Shown here: positions 35,871 to 44,302 of the stretch, piece after piece
Position numbering within the stretch: position 1 is the first letter of the stretch
How the letters are laid out: every line of letters begins with the position of its first letter
From: Candidatus Poribacteria bacterium
Lineage (GTDB): Bacteria; Poribacteria; WGA-4E; WGA-3G
Length of the DNA stretch: 64,000 bases
Reading direction: 5' to 3'
NCBI GenBank assembly: GCA_028824125.1
Contig: JAPPES010000140.1
Coordinates: forward strand, 29,359 to 93,358
The notes under the pieces: generated by a model
Told to the model about the DNA's origin: nothing
Seen by the model: only the letters and a program-made list of their open reading frames with translations
Database searches by the model: none
Program-made: the position numbers and the translations under genes

Positions 35871-36623
35871 TTACAGTAATTTCAACGCTTTCCGAATTGC
35901 TTCACGAACTATATTGCAAATTTTCACTGCATGCTCTGCATTCTCAGCTGTTGCTGACTTTCCCGGGTAACGAAATTCCACAGCGTATGGTGCAACAATA
36001 GAAAGATCTGTTTGCCATGCCTGCCAACTCGGCATGGTCGGAAGAATCAGACCTAATAATCCTAACAAATCATGTGATTTTGGAAAAGGGATATTTGATT
36101 CTTGGATCCACGCCTTTAAATACTTTTCTATACACTGTTGCGCATGGAAACAGATGAAATCGAAATCTGGCGATTGCGCTTGCTGATGCAAGGTTATCGC
36201 AGCATAATCTCTTTCAGCTTTCTGTGCCCACTCAAGTGTTAATGGGTTCATAAAGCACTTTTCCTTATTCGGTGTTTTCTTACGATCTATCTTATTGTAG
36301 GAAAATCCTACGGATTCATAAAGGACTTCCCCTTTTTCGGTAATTTCGCGAAGAAACCAATCGTTATGTGAAATTCGATACGCAATCTCTTCCGGTGAGC
36401 GCACTAACAAATCCATACCAAAACGGCGTGGAATACGCTGCCAAATCTCCGAAGCTTGACGACTCGTCTCCGATTCCGGAATGTCCATCACTACCAGCAA
36501 GTCAACATCCGAGTCTTCTGTCGGTGTACCGTAAGCGTAGGAACCAAACAGGATAACCTGTAGCGGCGCAAATTCACGCACAATGTCATCACAAGTCGCT
36601 TGAATGTCTTTTTGGGTAACCAT
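35871..36623 (-). CDS. Single-chain nucleotidyltransferase (MNT)-HEPN fusion protein
   Basis: The N-terminal MNT motif is ILFGSYAYGTPTEDSDVDLLVV. After a ~20-aa linker comes a C-terminal HEPN-type helical domain (EWAQKAERDY, FHAQQCIEKYLKAWI, KSHDLLGLL, YAVEFRYPG). I chose the start at 36623 (MVTQKD). Confidence 0.75.
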   Translation of the reverse strand: MVTQKDIQATCDDIVREFAPLQVILFGSYAYGTPTEDSDVDLLVVMDIPESETSRQASEIWQRIPRRFGMDLLVRSPEEIAYRISHNDWFLREITEKGEVLYESVGFSYNKIDRKKTPNKEKCFMNPLTLEWAQKAERDYAAITLHQQAQSPDFDFICFHAQQCIEKYLKAWIQESNIPFPKSHDLLGLLGLILPTMPSWQAWQTDLSIVAPYAVEFRYPGKSATAENAEHAVKICNIVREAIRKALKLL

Positions 36624-36732
36624 GAGCACGTCTCCTTCTTGAAAGTATAGCATGGAACGTGACGGGTGTCAATGTTCGGTGTGTCCAGTTTTTGGCATGT
36701 GTGTCGTCTGAATCGCGGGATAGAAATAAACT

Positions 36733-36969
36733 GCGTCATCCGTGAAATCCGTGTCTTCCGTAATTCAGACAATAAAAATGTAGCACAAACTTTCCAGTTT
36801 GTGCCAAAAAACGCAAACTAAAAGTAAAATCAACGGTATGAATCATGGCGAATGCCATACGGGGAATGCCATACGCGCATTCATACCGTTGATTTGGCGC
36901 ATTCGCCCAATGGCATTCCCCGTGGTACAAAAGACAAAATCCGCGTTTTCTGCGAAATCCGCGATTCAG
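36733..36969. repeat. Composite repeat block (family D ends, family E palindrome, family B' pair)
   Basis: Components are: catccgtgaaatccg...attcagacaa; tgtagcacaaactttccagtttgtgcc (36779-36805); aaatcaacggtatgaat...attcataccgttgattt with ggggaatgcc/ggcattcccc (36836-36925); and gcgaaatccgcgattcag. Confidence 0.8.
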
Positions 36970-37006
36970 AAAAAAGAAAAGGCAGATACCCAAAAGGTAC
37001 CTGCCT
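36970..37006 (-). terminator. Intrinsic terminator-like hairpin plus U-tract after the 37030 gene
   Basis: The minus strand reads aggcaggtacc-tttt-gggtatctgcc followed by ttttctttttt. It lies 24 nt after the stop. The same module recurs at 60120-60160. Confidence 0.6.
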
Positions 37007-37029
37007 GTAAAAGTTTGTGAGGTGAACGG

Positions 37030-38556
37030 CTACTCTTGGTGCGTCCCGAAACCACCGGTGACATTCCAACACCGCGTGTCGCACATGTCCCACTGTTCGC
37101 CACACGTCCCCCAAACAACTGTATTCAACCCCGTGAGCGGATCCCGTTCTTGCCGAAGTGCCTTGTACCGCGTGCAAGTGCGGGTCCTGTGATACTCGTT
37201 TGGGTCCATGGGTTGCGTCGTACTACACGACCAATACTTGTTGGCGTTTATACACCAGCGGCGATGTTCTTCGCGGAAAGCCACTGACTGCGTACAAGAG
37301 GCATTTCCACACGGAACCGTCGGGAACACGCACGTATGCGTTTGACACGCATAAAAGTTCGTGACCGTGCAAGTCTGCATCCAATTATTTGAAAGCGAGC
37401 AACTTGCCTGCATGGCGTGTGAACTTGCTTCGCTCGGATGGCCGCTATGCACACCACACGCATAAGTGATCGGACAACTTGAACACCCACCCGTTGTGCA
37501 ATGCTCACAATTCGGGCTATTGTCCACCTGCGAAGTCGGCGCAATAGTTTGCTCTTCCGTGCTACCCTCTTCACCAGAACCACCATCACCTTCGTCAGAA
37601 TGCTTGGCACTGCCAATGACATCTGGGTTATGATCAAAGGTGTGCCCCATGCACTTTCTGAACTTGCGACCACACCGATAGGATTTGAAGGCATTGAGAT
37701 AGCCGCTCGGTTTCTCCCATACCCACAAATTGCAGGTACGCTCTCCATGTTTTGCTTCATCTTTGCAGTTGTAATAGTTGCGACCACATCCATCTGAAAC
37801 CGAGCGGCTTTTCAGAATCTCCCCAACAGATCTGATTCGGGTGCCATAGCCAGACATTTCCGACAGAGACTCTTTATCAACATCCATTGCAGTGCCACAT
37901 TTTACCCAATGTGGGCTTGTTGGTTTTGTAAAGGACTGGTTGCAACTGCCCCCACAAGGGTAGGACGGCAAATTGTAATTCGGAGATATCGGTATAAAAT
38001 CATCTATTGGGTGGTCCCCGGACTCCGAATTTTTATGAGGTCCCGCATCATTATGTGTTCGAACCAACGTATCATAGGCATTCCAACTATTTTCATAGTT
38101 CGTGACAGCAGTCTTTGCCGTTGCTATTCGGGAGATGGTCTCGTCAATTGCGGCCTCATAGGCAGACAATACTCCAGCTTCACTGTTTATACTGGCAGCT
38201 AATCCGAGTGACTTGACAAGCGAACTTAGCGCAGTAGGAACCATCACGGATGCGGCGGCACCCCCTGTCGCAGCAGTAACAGCTACAGCTACTGCTCCCG
38301 TAAAGACATCTGACAGTAGCACCTGCGTTCCATTTTGAATCTCTGCCTGCTTCAAATCGTATTTCAGGGCAAGCAACGCCATGAGACTTTGTGCCTCTAT
38401 CAGTCGCTTATCTGCTTCGTTTGCTGCTCCATACTTACCAAATTGATCAGACTTCGCTGTCTCGATCAGCAAACCGGGATCATGGGCATCCACAGGCAAG
38501 ACATAAAAGACAAGTGAGAATAATATAAGAGTCAAAATACAACGTTTTGTTTTCAT
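37030..38556 (-). CDS. Secreted Cys/His-rich hypothetical protein
   Basis: Signal peptide: MKTKRCILTLILFSLVFYVLPVDA. The N-terminal half is Ala-rich and helical. The C-terminal half has about 25 Cys by my count (for example NCEHCTTGGCSSCPITYACGVHSGH, CQTHTCVFPTVPCGNASC). I recognise no family. Confidence 0.7.
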   Translation of the reverse strand: MKTKRCILTLILFSLVFYVLPVDAHDPGLLIETAKSDQFGKYGAANEADKRLIEAQSLMALLALKYDLKQAEIQNGTQVLLSDVFTGAVAVAVTAATGGAAASVMVPTALSSLVKSLGLAASINSEAGVLSAYEAAIDETISRIATAKTAVTNYENSWNAYDTLVRTHNDAGPHKNSESGDHPIDDFIPISPNYNLPSYPCGGSCNQSFTKPTSPHWVKCGTAMDVDKESLSEMSGYGTRIRSVGEILKSRSVSDGCGRNYYNCKDEAKHGERTCNLWVWEKPSGYLNAFKSYRCGRKFRKCMGHTFDHNPDVIGSAKHSDEGDGGSGEEGSTEEQTIAPTSQVDNSPNCEHCTTGGCSSCPITYACGVHSGHPSEASSHAMQASCSLSNNWMQTCTVTNFYACQTHTCVFPTVPCGNASCTQSVAFREEHRRWCINANKYWSCSTTQPMDPNEYHRTRTCTRYKALRQERDPLTGLNTVVWGTCGEQWDMCDTRCWNVTGGFGTHQE

Positions 38557-38567
38557 GGGTATTCTCC

Positions 38568-39251
38568 TTACTTTTGTGTGAATTCAGATGGGTATTCGCT
38601 TATCTGCTCATCATCAAATAGTCTGTATGGCATCATTGCCCAAGTCAACTTTGTAAGGTCCCACCAACGAGCACGGACTTTAACATCATCACTTTCGATA
38701 GGATAACGGGTGTCGTATTCTTTGATGAGATTCCACTTTCGTTTCAACGCTGTTTCTCGTTCGGGACTTATCTCTGGATAGTCACCCACATGCTCATGAT
38801 AGATGAGTAGATATACAACTCGTGCCAACTCACTCGCTTCGTGATCATCCGCAGGAAAGGGCGGTATCCATTTAGTCATCCAGTGTCCGCGTTCTTCTGC
38901 TTGTAGGCGGAGTGCTTGGACAGGATCTGTTTTCAGTAGTTCCTCGTGATAGGTTAAGGGACCATCATAAGTTTGTGCTACAGGTTCATGCGGTTCACCT
39001 TGCCACACATCCGGTGCGTCAATCGGCACCTCATGGAAGTGGTCACCATGTGGTACCCACTTCTTGCCGGGAGCCGCGGGGGGCGGCTCATTCGCTGCGA
39101 CCGGTTTCTCCTCTTTTTCAAGCATCTTCTCAAATAGTGCAGTTTGTTTTTTCATCTGCTGCACTGTTGACACTTGCCAATAGATGAACCCACCGGCAGC
39201 AATCATGAAAACAATCAGGGCGGCTATGCCCAAATACATTTTTTTCGTCAT
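38568..39251 (-). CDS. Membrane-anchored hypothetical protein with a Pht-like histidine-triad motif
   Basis: An N-terminal TM helix is present (LGIAALIVFMIAAGGFIYW). WVPHGDHFHEVP resembles the zinc-binding HGDHYH histidine-triad motif of streptococcal Pht proteins. The gene is 11 nt upstream of the Cys-rich gene. Confidence 0.6.
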   Translation of the reverse strand: MTKKMYLGIAALIVFMIAAGGFIYWQVSTVQQMKKQTALFEKMLEKEEKPVAANEPPPAAPGKKWVPHGDHFHEVPIDAPDVWQGEPHEPVAQTYDGPLTYHEELLKTDPVQALRLQAEERGHWMTKWIPPFPADDHEASELARVVYLLIYHEHVGDYPEISPERETALKRKWNLIKEYDTRYPIESDDVKVRARWWDLTKLTWAMMPYRLFDDEQISEYPSEFTQK

Positions 39252-39517
39252 TTATCTATCCTCCTAATTCCGGTTTCCCCACTGACAAGGGGGGCAGGGG
39301 AGTTATCCCAGTTTCCCAACTGACAACGGGGTCTCGGATTTGGACAGCATTCGGGGAGCTGTCCCTCTTTTTTTAATGGACATTCCTGTTGAATGCGTTT
39401 TTCGCAATCAGACGGATCTGTCTGTGTAGCATCGAGTGTGCCAAGCAGCAAGAAACCGCTGAAAATGAATGCGAAAACAATAAGTGTGGTGAGAAGAACT
39501 GTGTAGTCTCGTCTCAT
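39248..39517 (-). CDS. Small membrane-anchored Cys-rich protein
   Basis: I chose the start at 39517 (MRRDYTV), which has a strong AGAGGAGG Shine-Dalgarno. A TM helix (VLLTTLIVFAFIFSGFLLLG) is followed by DCEKRIQQECP...PECCPNPRPRCQ. The gene overlaps the next gene by 4 nt. Confidence 0.55.
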   Translation of the reverse strand: MRRDYTVLLTTLIVFAFIFSGFLLLGTLDATQTDPSDCEKRIQQECPLKKEGQLPECCPNPRPRCQLGNWDNSPAPLVSGETGIRRIDK

Positions 39518-39786
39518 CTTGTGCCTCCTCTTTAGAGAGTAGGTTAATTGTTTATGACAGACTACAGAAATAGGTAGGTTTTTGCTATCCCTGCAGGGGT
39601 TGCTGGTTTCCATTCCAATAGACATCAACACCTTGTTGTGCTATTATAGAAACCAGCGCTGTCGTAAAGTCACACAATATACGGCAGTGCTTCGCATCGG
39701 CAGTGTGAGCGTTACTTACACACTGTCGGTGCATTGGAAGCACCCCCTACCCGTTAAGAATTATCCATAAATCCTTAACAGGACAT

Positions 39787-39815
39787 ATTATAATAAAATT
39801 GTAACAAAATGTCAA
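39787..39815 (-). promoter_or_regulatory. Perfect sigma70 consensus promoter P1 (TTGACA-17-TATAAT)
   Basis: The minus strand reads TTGACA ttttgttacaattttat TATAAT. It lies ~270 nt upstream of the 39517 start. Confidence 0.6.
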
Positions 39816-39902
39816 CGATTTTTATAATATGTCTTTATTCGGTGCATTAAAAAGCACCTCCGACGTAATCCGCGCGAACGCGAATTTTTACGCCTACATG
39901 TA

Positions 39903-39931
39903 ATTATATAATATTGTGTAACGAATGTCAA
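39903..39931 (-). promoter_or_regulatory. Perfect sigma70 consensus promoter P2 (TTGACA-17-TATAAT)
   Basis: The minus strand reads TTGACA ttcgttacacaatatta TATAAT. It lies 116 nt upstream of P1. Confidence 0.55.
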
Positions 39932-40140
39932 GAAAAAATTCAGAAATTTTATTATTTTTTTGGTAAAAAGTCCGAATTTGAGGCAATTTTGGCAATTTTT
40001 AACCCTTAAACACATTTTTACACGCTCGCGTCCTTTCTGCGACTCTTGCGTTTTTATTGGATATCTATCGTTCGCACCTCGAAATTTCCACCAGCCACCC
40101 TCCGATTTTAGATGGGCTCTTGTGTCCAGCATTCAATTTT

Positions 40141-40380
40141 CTGAATCGCGGATTATCGCGGATTTCACGGATGACGCGGAGGGCGGTATTAGGGACTCCC
40201 AAACGCCTATTCAAAGTGTGCTGCAATCTCTTGAAAAGGAACTTATCTTGCCAAACCCCCATCCGCGCCCTCCGCGTCATCCGTGAAATCCGCGATTCAG
40301 ACAACACACGCGGGCGGACGGCACCAAATCAACGGTATGAATGCCATTTAGGCATTCCCCGCAGCGTGTGCCTGCTACTG
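40141..40380. repeat. Composite element: 160-bp TIR-bounded family D module + family B' hairpin module
   Basis: ctgaatcgcggat...(40141) to ...atccgcgattcag (40300) is bounded by terminal inverted repeats. It is followed by acacgcgggcggacggcaccaaatcaacggtatgaatgccatttaggcattccccgcagcgtgtgcctgctac. A second copy at 56409-56633 has its modules rearranged. Confidence 0.85.
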
Positions 40381-40642
40381 TAACAATCACCCCTCCGCGT
40401 CATTCGTGTCCTCCGCGATTCTGATAGCAAATCGGTCCTTTTGCGAGGTTAGGAAGAAATCAATGTTTATCAGTATTTTCTCTGTTCCTCTGTCCCTCTA
40501 CGTCTACATCCTTGTGTAGGAGCGAGTTTTCGCGACGCCTGCTGATTGCTGACCGCTCTAAAGAATCCTGTTGATTTTCTTCGCAAGATGTGACAAAATA
40601 AAGAAAAGATTCCAGTTTTATCCCTTTGCAAATAAAATAAAT

Positions 40643-41959
40643 ATGAAGAACGATAGAAAATCAATTTTTGGCTGGTGCATGTACGATTGGGCAAATTCTG
40701 CCTATATCACCACTGTCCATGCAGCATTGCTGCCGATTTATTTCCGGGAAGGTATTGTTGGAGATACGGGTACAGTCATTTTCGGACTAACAGTCAGCGC
40801 GGATGCGTTGTGGGGATTCATGGTGGGAATAGCTGCGTTTTTTGTCTTTCTTTTTGCCCCTGTGCTTGGTGCGATAGCCGATTTTTCTTCAGCAAAGAAG
40901 CGGTTTCTTATCGGTTTCGCTTATTTCGGGAGTTTGTTTGCCACCTTACTCTTCTTTTGTGAGCCTGGATTTGTGTGGTTGTCGGTTGTGCTTTATATCA
41001 GTTCGCAGGTCTGCTTTGTCGCGGGGAATGTTTTCTATGACGCGTTTTTACCGCAGCTTGCTTCGGACGATAAACTTGATTCAGTTTCTGCCAAAGGGTA
41101 TGCATTCGGTTATGTTGGCGGATCCGTACAATTTGGTATATCGCTTGCAATTGTTGCTATGCATGACAAAATCGGAATTAGTCAACCGATGGCGGTACGC
41201 ATCGCTATGGCAATGACAGGAATCTGGTGGGCAGGTTGGACAGTACTGACTCTCATATATTTAAAGGAGGATAAAACAGAACAAGAACTTCCAGAAATTT
41301 ACCGCCATCAACCGAAAATCTTTGCCTATCTTTCCCTTGGCATCAACCGCACAATCGCAACCGCCAAAAAGGTGAGCAATTTCAAACATCTTTCCCTTTT
41401 TGTGATTGCTTATATGGTATACAATGATGGTGCTCACACGGTGACAAGCATGGCGGCAATTTATGGTAAAAGTGAGTTAGGCCTATCAGCGACATCCCTG
41501 ATGGTGACACTTCTGCTTGTCCAAATTGTTGCAATTGGAGGCGCGTTGATATTCGGCCAACTTGCGAACCGTATCGGCGCAAAAAAAGCAGTGATGGTTT
41601 CATTAGTCCTGTGGAGTGGTGTCGTCATTTATGGATATTTTATTCAAACAGCAACAGAATTTTTTGTGTTGGGAATGGTTGTTGGATTAGTTCTTGGTGG
41701 GACGCAGGCACTCAGTCGTTCTTTCTATGGAGCAATGATTCCGGAACAAGCAAGTGCTGAGTTTTACGGATTTTTTTCTGTCTTTAGCAAGTTTTCTGCT
41801 ATCTGGGGACCACTTACCTTTGGACTAATAAGACAGATTACTGGGACAGCGCGTTTGGCTATAATATCATTGATGGTTTTCTTTATCGTTGGGTTGATTC
41901 TACTTGCATTTGTGAACGAAGAGAAAGCGAAAGCGGAAAAACTTGCATTTGATATATAA
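40643..41959 (+). CDS. MFS transporter (UMF1/Atg22-like family)
   Basis: I chose the start at 40643 (MKNDRKSIFGWCMYDWANSAY, the family-typical YDWANSAY). About 12 TM segments are present. Confidence 0.8.
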   Translation: MKNDRKSIFGWCMYDWANSAYITTVHAALLPIYFREGIVGDTGTVIFGLTVSADALWGFMVGIAAFFVFLFAPVLGAIADFSSAKKRFLIGFAYFGSLFATLLFFCEPGFVWLSVVLYISSQVCFVAGNVFYDAFLPQLASDDKLDSVSAKGYAFGYVGGSVQFGISLAIVAMHDKIGISQPMAVRIAMAMTGIWWAGWTVLTLIYLKEDKTEQELPEIYRHQPKIFAYLSLGINRTIATAKKVSNFKHLSLFVIAYMVYNDGAHTVTSMAAIYGKSELGLSATSLMVTLLLVQIVAIGGALIFGQLANRIGAKKAVMVSLVLWSGVVIYGYFIQTATEFFVLGMVVGLVLGGTQALSRSFYGAMIPEQASAEFYGFFSVFSKFSAIWGPLTFGLIRQITGTARLAIISLMVFFIVGLILLAFVNEEKAKAEKLAFDI

Positions 41960-42038
41960 TCTAATACCATCTGTTTGCACGCGCGAGAAAACCTCGCCTC
42001 TACAACGAATGGTACTTTGGTATTATATGATACTAAAT

Positions 42039-43889
42039 TCAAGCACTCAACCCAAGTTCTTGTCCAAGTTCCATCAATCGGGCGTTGATCTTTGTTTTGT
42101 CAATCTGGTTTTCGTTTACAAACTCCCGGTATGGTGGCGGCAGTCTATCTGGTAGCATAGCTCGGGAATTTGCCTCCTGTAACGCTAATAACACCATAAA
42201 CATTCGCATTTCTGGAGAATAGTCTGGCATAAAATCTGATACCACCTCGCGTAAATCTTCTTCTGTGAAAGTATTTCGATTTTTCCGTTTGGCAACATTA
42301 TGGCTGCGTTGCGCAATTAGATTGAGATCGTTGACACTTACACCCCGTAGTTTTTCGTGTCTCGCAATTTCCTGGAAATTAATTTCTGCCTGTGTGTGAA
42401 ACCGGCAGAAAAACTGTAAAATACCTGCGCGACTCTCTCGTATAGGTGGCAGCAGCACCAATTTATGATTGAAGATATCAGGGCGTCGAAAGATAGGTGG
42501 GATTAGATCAGGACGACTTGATGTGCCAACCCATATTACCTGACCATGCAAGGAAGCATCGCTGATAGCATTCGTAAGAATAACAGGAAAGGGGCGTTCC
42601 AAGTTTGCTGTTTTCATGCTTGCATGCGGCGAAACCTGCTCAATTTCGTCCATAAACACAACGACTGGAGCAAGTCCACGGATAAAGTTAATAGCAGAAT
42701 TCAAGTTTCTATCATAACCCGCACCATTGTCATTAACGTTTATTGTTACCTCACTTACCTGACTCGCATAACGAAGCCGCACAAACGCCATATTTGTTTG
42801 TCCAGCCAACATACGTGCTGCGAAGATGTTTCCATTACCGGTAGGTCCAAGTAGAAGAATCCCCCGTGGCACGCGCCTCAAATCCTGTTCATTTAATCCG
42901 CCTACAATATCTTGAATTACCCTTGTTACATGGCTTGACCAATGCTGTTTCGGCTCGGTAAGCGGTTCATTGACTTCAATAATTCCGTGGCTAAATGTTT
43001 TGACGCTTTCGCGCCGATAGTTTGCAAGTATGCGGCCTTCTACTTTCTGTTTTAAGGAAGTTGCGTGCCGTACTAAATCGTGGATAGCGAAAAGATTTAA
43101 GCCTGCTGCATCTCTGGCTAATGTTTGCTTTTCCCGGTCATTCCCAAGGTTTAATTGCACTTGCACTTTCGTATCTGGAGAATCTTGATGTGAAATTTCT
43201 TGTGGGATTGTGTTTAAATGTTCAATAAACTTCAGACGTTCATCATAATCTGGAAACGGTACCTCCACGATAGGTATTTCTTGATTCACAAGAAAATGCG
43301 GATGAATATCGTAAGTATTTTGCGTAAGCAGTAAGATTATATGTTTTTTTCTACGAATTTCCAAGTCTGATGCCCAATTTTGGAGTTGATGGAAGAAGAA
43401 TTGGAGGTTGTCTGTCGCCCCTGCATCAAACATAGAATCGTTTGGGGCAATCTGTTCAAGGTGGTTGATAATCAAGCCTATCCTGACTCTGTCTTGCTTC
43501 AGGAGGTCATGCATCTTATTTGCCAAATCTTTTGTAGGTAATGGATCGCTTTTCAGAAATGGATCCTCATGAAGCTTATGAAGTGCGAGCTGACTATTAA
43601 TTCTTTTACGATTGTCGGTCTCTTCTGGAGGGCCTTGGTCTTTAGGAATTAGCCCTAAAATTTTCTGTGTTTCCAACCATTTACCTATATTGGGCCACGC
43701 AAATCCTTGTGTTGCGTTGTATCCAAGGACTAAACGGCACCCGAGCACATTCAGTTGCTCCATTAAATAATCCACAGTGGGCAAATAGCCAAAAGCTTCG
43801 TCGTACTGTAAATCACTTACATTAAAATGAAGTAAAAATTGGTGTGCAGCGGCGACTTTGAATTGTGATTCAATTTTTTCCCAAAACAT
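42039..43889 (-). CDS. AAA-family ATPase-like protein with non-canonical Walker A
   Basis: The classic-clade AAA module is at aa ~340-520. Its Walker A reads GILLLGPTGNGNIFAARMLA where GPPGTGKT is expected. The Walker B is VVFMDEIEQ. The SRH-like region is PDLIPPIFRRPDIFNHKLVLLPP. The N-terminal ~330 aa are uncharacterised. Confidence 0.7.
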   Translation of the reverse strand: MFWEKIESQFKVAAAHQFLLHFNVSDLQYDEAFGYLPTVDYLMEQLNVLGCRLVLGYNATQGFAWPNIGKWLETQKILGLIPKDQGPPEETDNRKRINSQLALHKLHEDPFLKSDPLPTKDLANKMHDLLKQDRVRIGLIINHLEQIAPNDSMFDAGATDNLQFFFHQLQNWASDLEIRRKKHIILLLTQNTYDIHPHFLVNQEIPIVEVPFPDYDERLKFIEHLNTIPQEISHQDSPDTKVQVQLNLGNDREKQTLARDAAGLNLFAIHDLVRHATSLKQKVEGRILANYRRESVKTFSHGIIEVNEPLTEPKQHWSSHVTRVIQDIVGGLNEQDLRRVPRGILLLGPTGNGNIFAARMLAGQTNMAFVRLRYASQVSEVTINVNDNGAGYDRNLNSAINFIRGLAPVVVFMDEIEQVSPHASMKTANLERPFPVILTNAISDASLHGQVIWVGTSSRPDLIPPIFRRPDIFNHKLVLLPPIRESRAGILQFFCRFHTQAEINFQEIARHEKLRGVSVNDLNLIAQRSHNVAKRKNRNTFTEEDLREVVSDFMPDYSPEMRMFMVLLALQEANSRAMLPDRLPPPYREFVNENQIDKTKINARLMELGQELGLSA

Positions 43890-44055
43890 ATTTTTTCTCC
43901 ACGATAAAAGACAGTGTTAGGTAAGGTCTCATGTTATAATTGTCGGAGGCACAATCCATCGTTTAATACAATAACATAAAAACTCTACTGAAGTCAAGTT
44001 AAAACTAAATGAGGGGTGTGTATGAATAATTTCGATGTTAAATATGCGTTTAAAG

Positions 44056-44122
44056 GTAGTAGGCACACGCCGTGTGCCGTCCACAAGTTTAAAGAGGCGC
44101 AATGAATTGCGCGACTACAAAC
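44056..44122 (+). repeat. Family B half-site abutting a family A copy
   Basis: aggtagtaggcacacgccgtgtgccgtccac is followed by aagaggcgcaatgaattgcgcgactacaaac. Confidence 0.85.
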
Positions 44123-44232
44123 AGCACTTTGTGAAATAATGCCGCACCTACCGCCCTTGGGTATATAGCAGGTGTTAGAAATTCGTCCAAAAAACCGAAA
44201 ACTAAATAACCCCGTCACACTTCTGAAAAGTG

Positions 44233-44261
44233 TTGACACTAAAAGTTTTTCTATCTATAAT
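44233..44261 (+). promoter_or_regulatory. Perfect sigma70 consensus promoter (TTGACA-17-TATAAT)
   Basis: TTGACA is at 44233-44238, followed by a 17-nt spacer and TATAAT at 44256-44261. It lies ~40 nt upstream of the 44303 ORF. Confidence 0.6.
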
Positions 44262-44302
44262 AAATAAGAAATTTTAAAACTATCGGGATATTTCCCTTAT
44301 CT

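Noticed and set aside
40057-40383. ORF-track ORFs at 40057-40383, 56294-56575 and 36736-36993 share peptides such as APNQRYEC(H/A).GIPR, which could suggest a small conserved gene family.
   Set aside because: The shared peptide is the translation of the family B'/D DNA repeats, which are palindromic and occur in both orientations. The ORFs lie wholly inside repeat cassettes and lack ribosome-binding sites, and their frames are not preserved outside the repeat.
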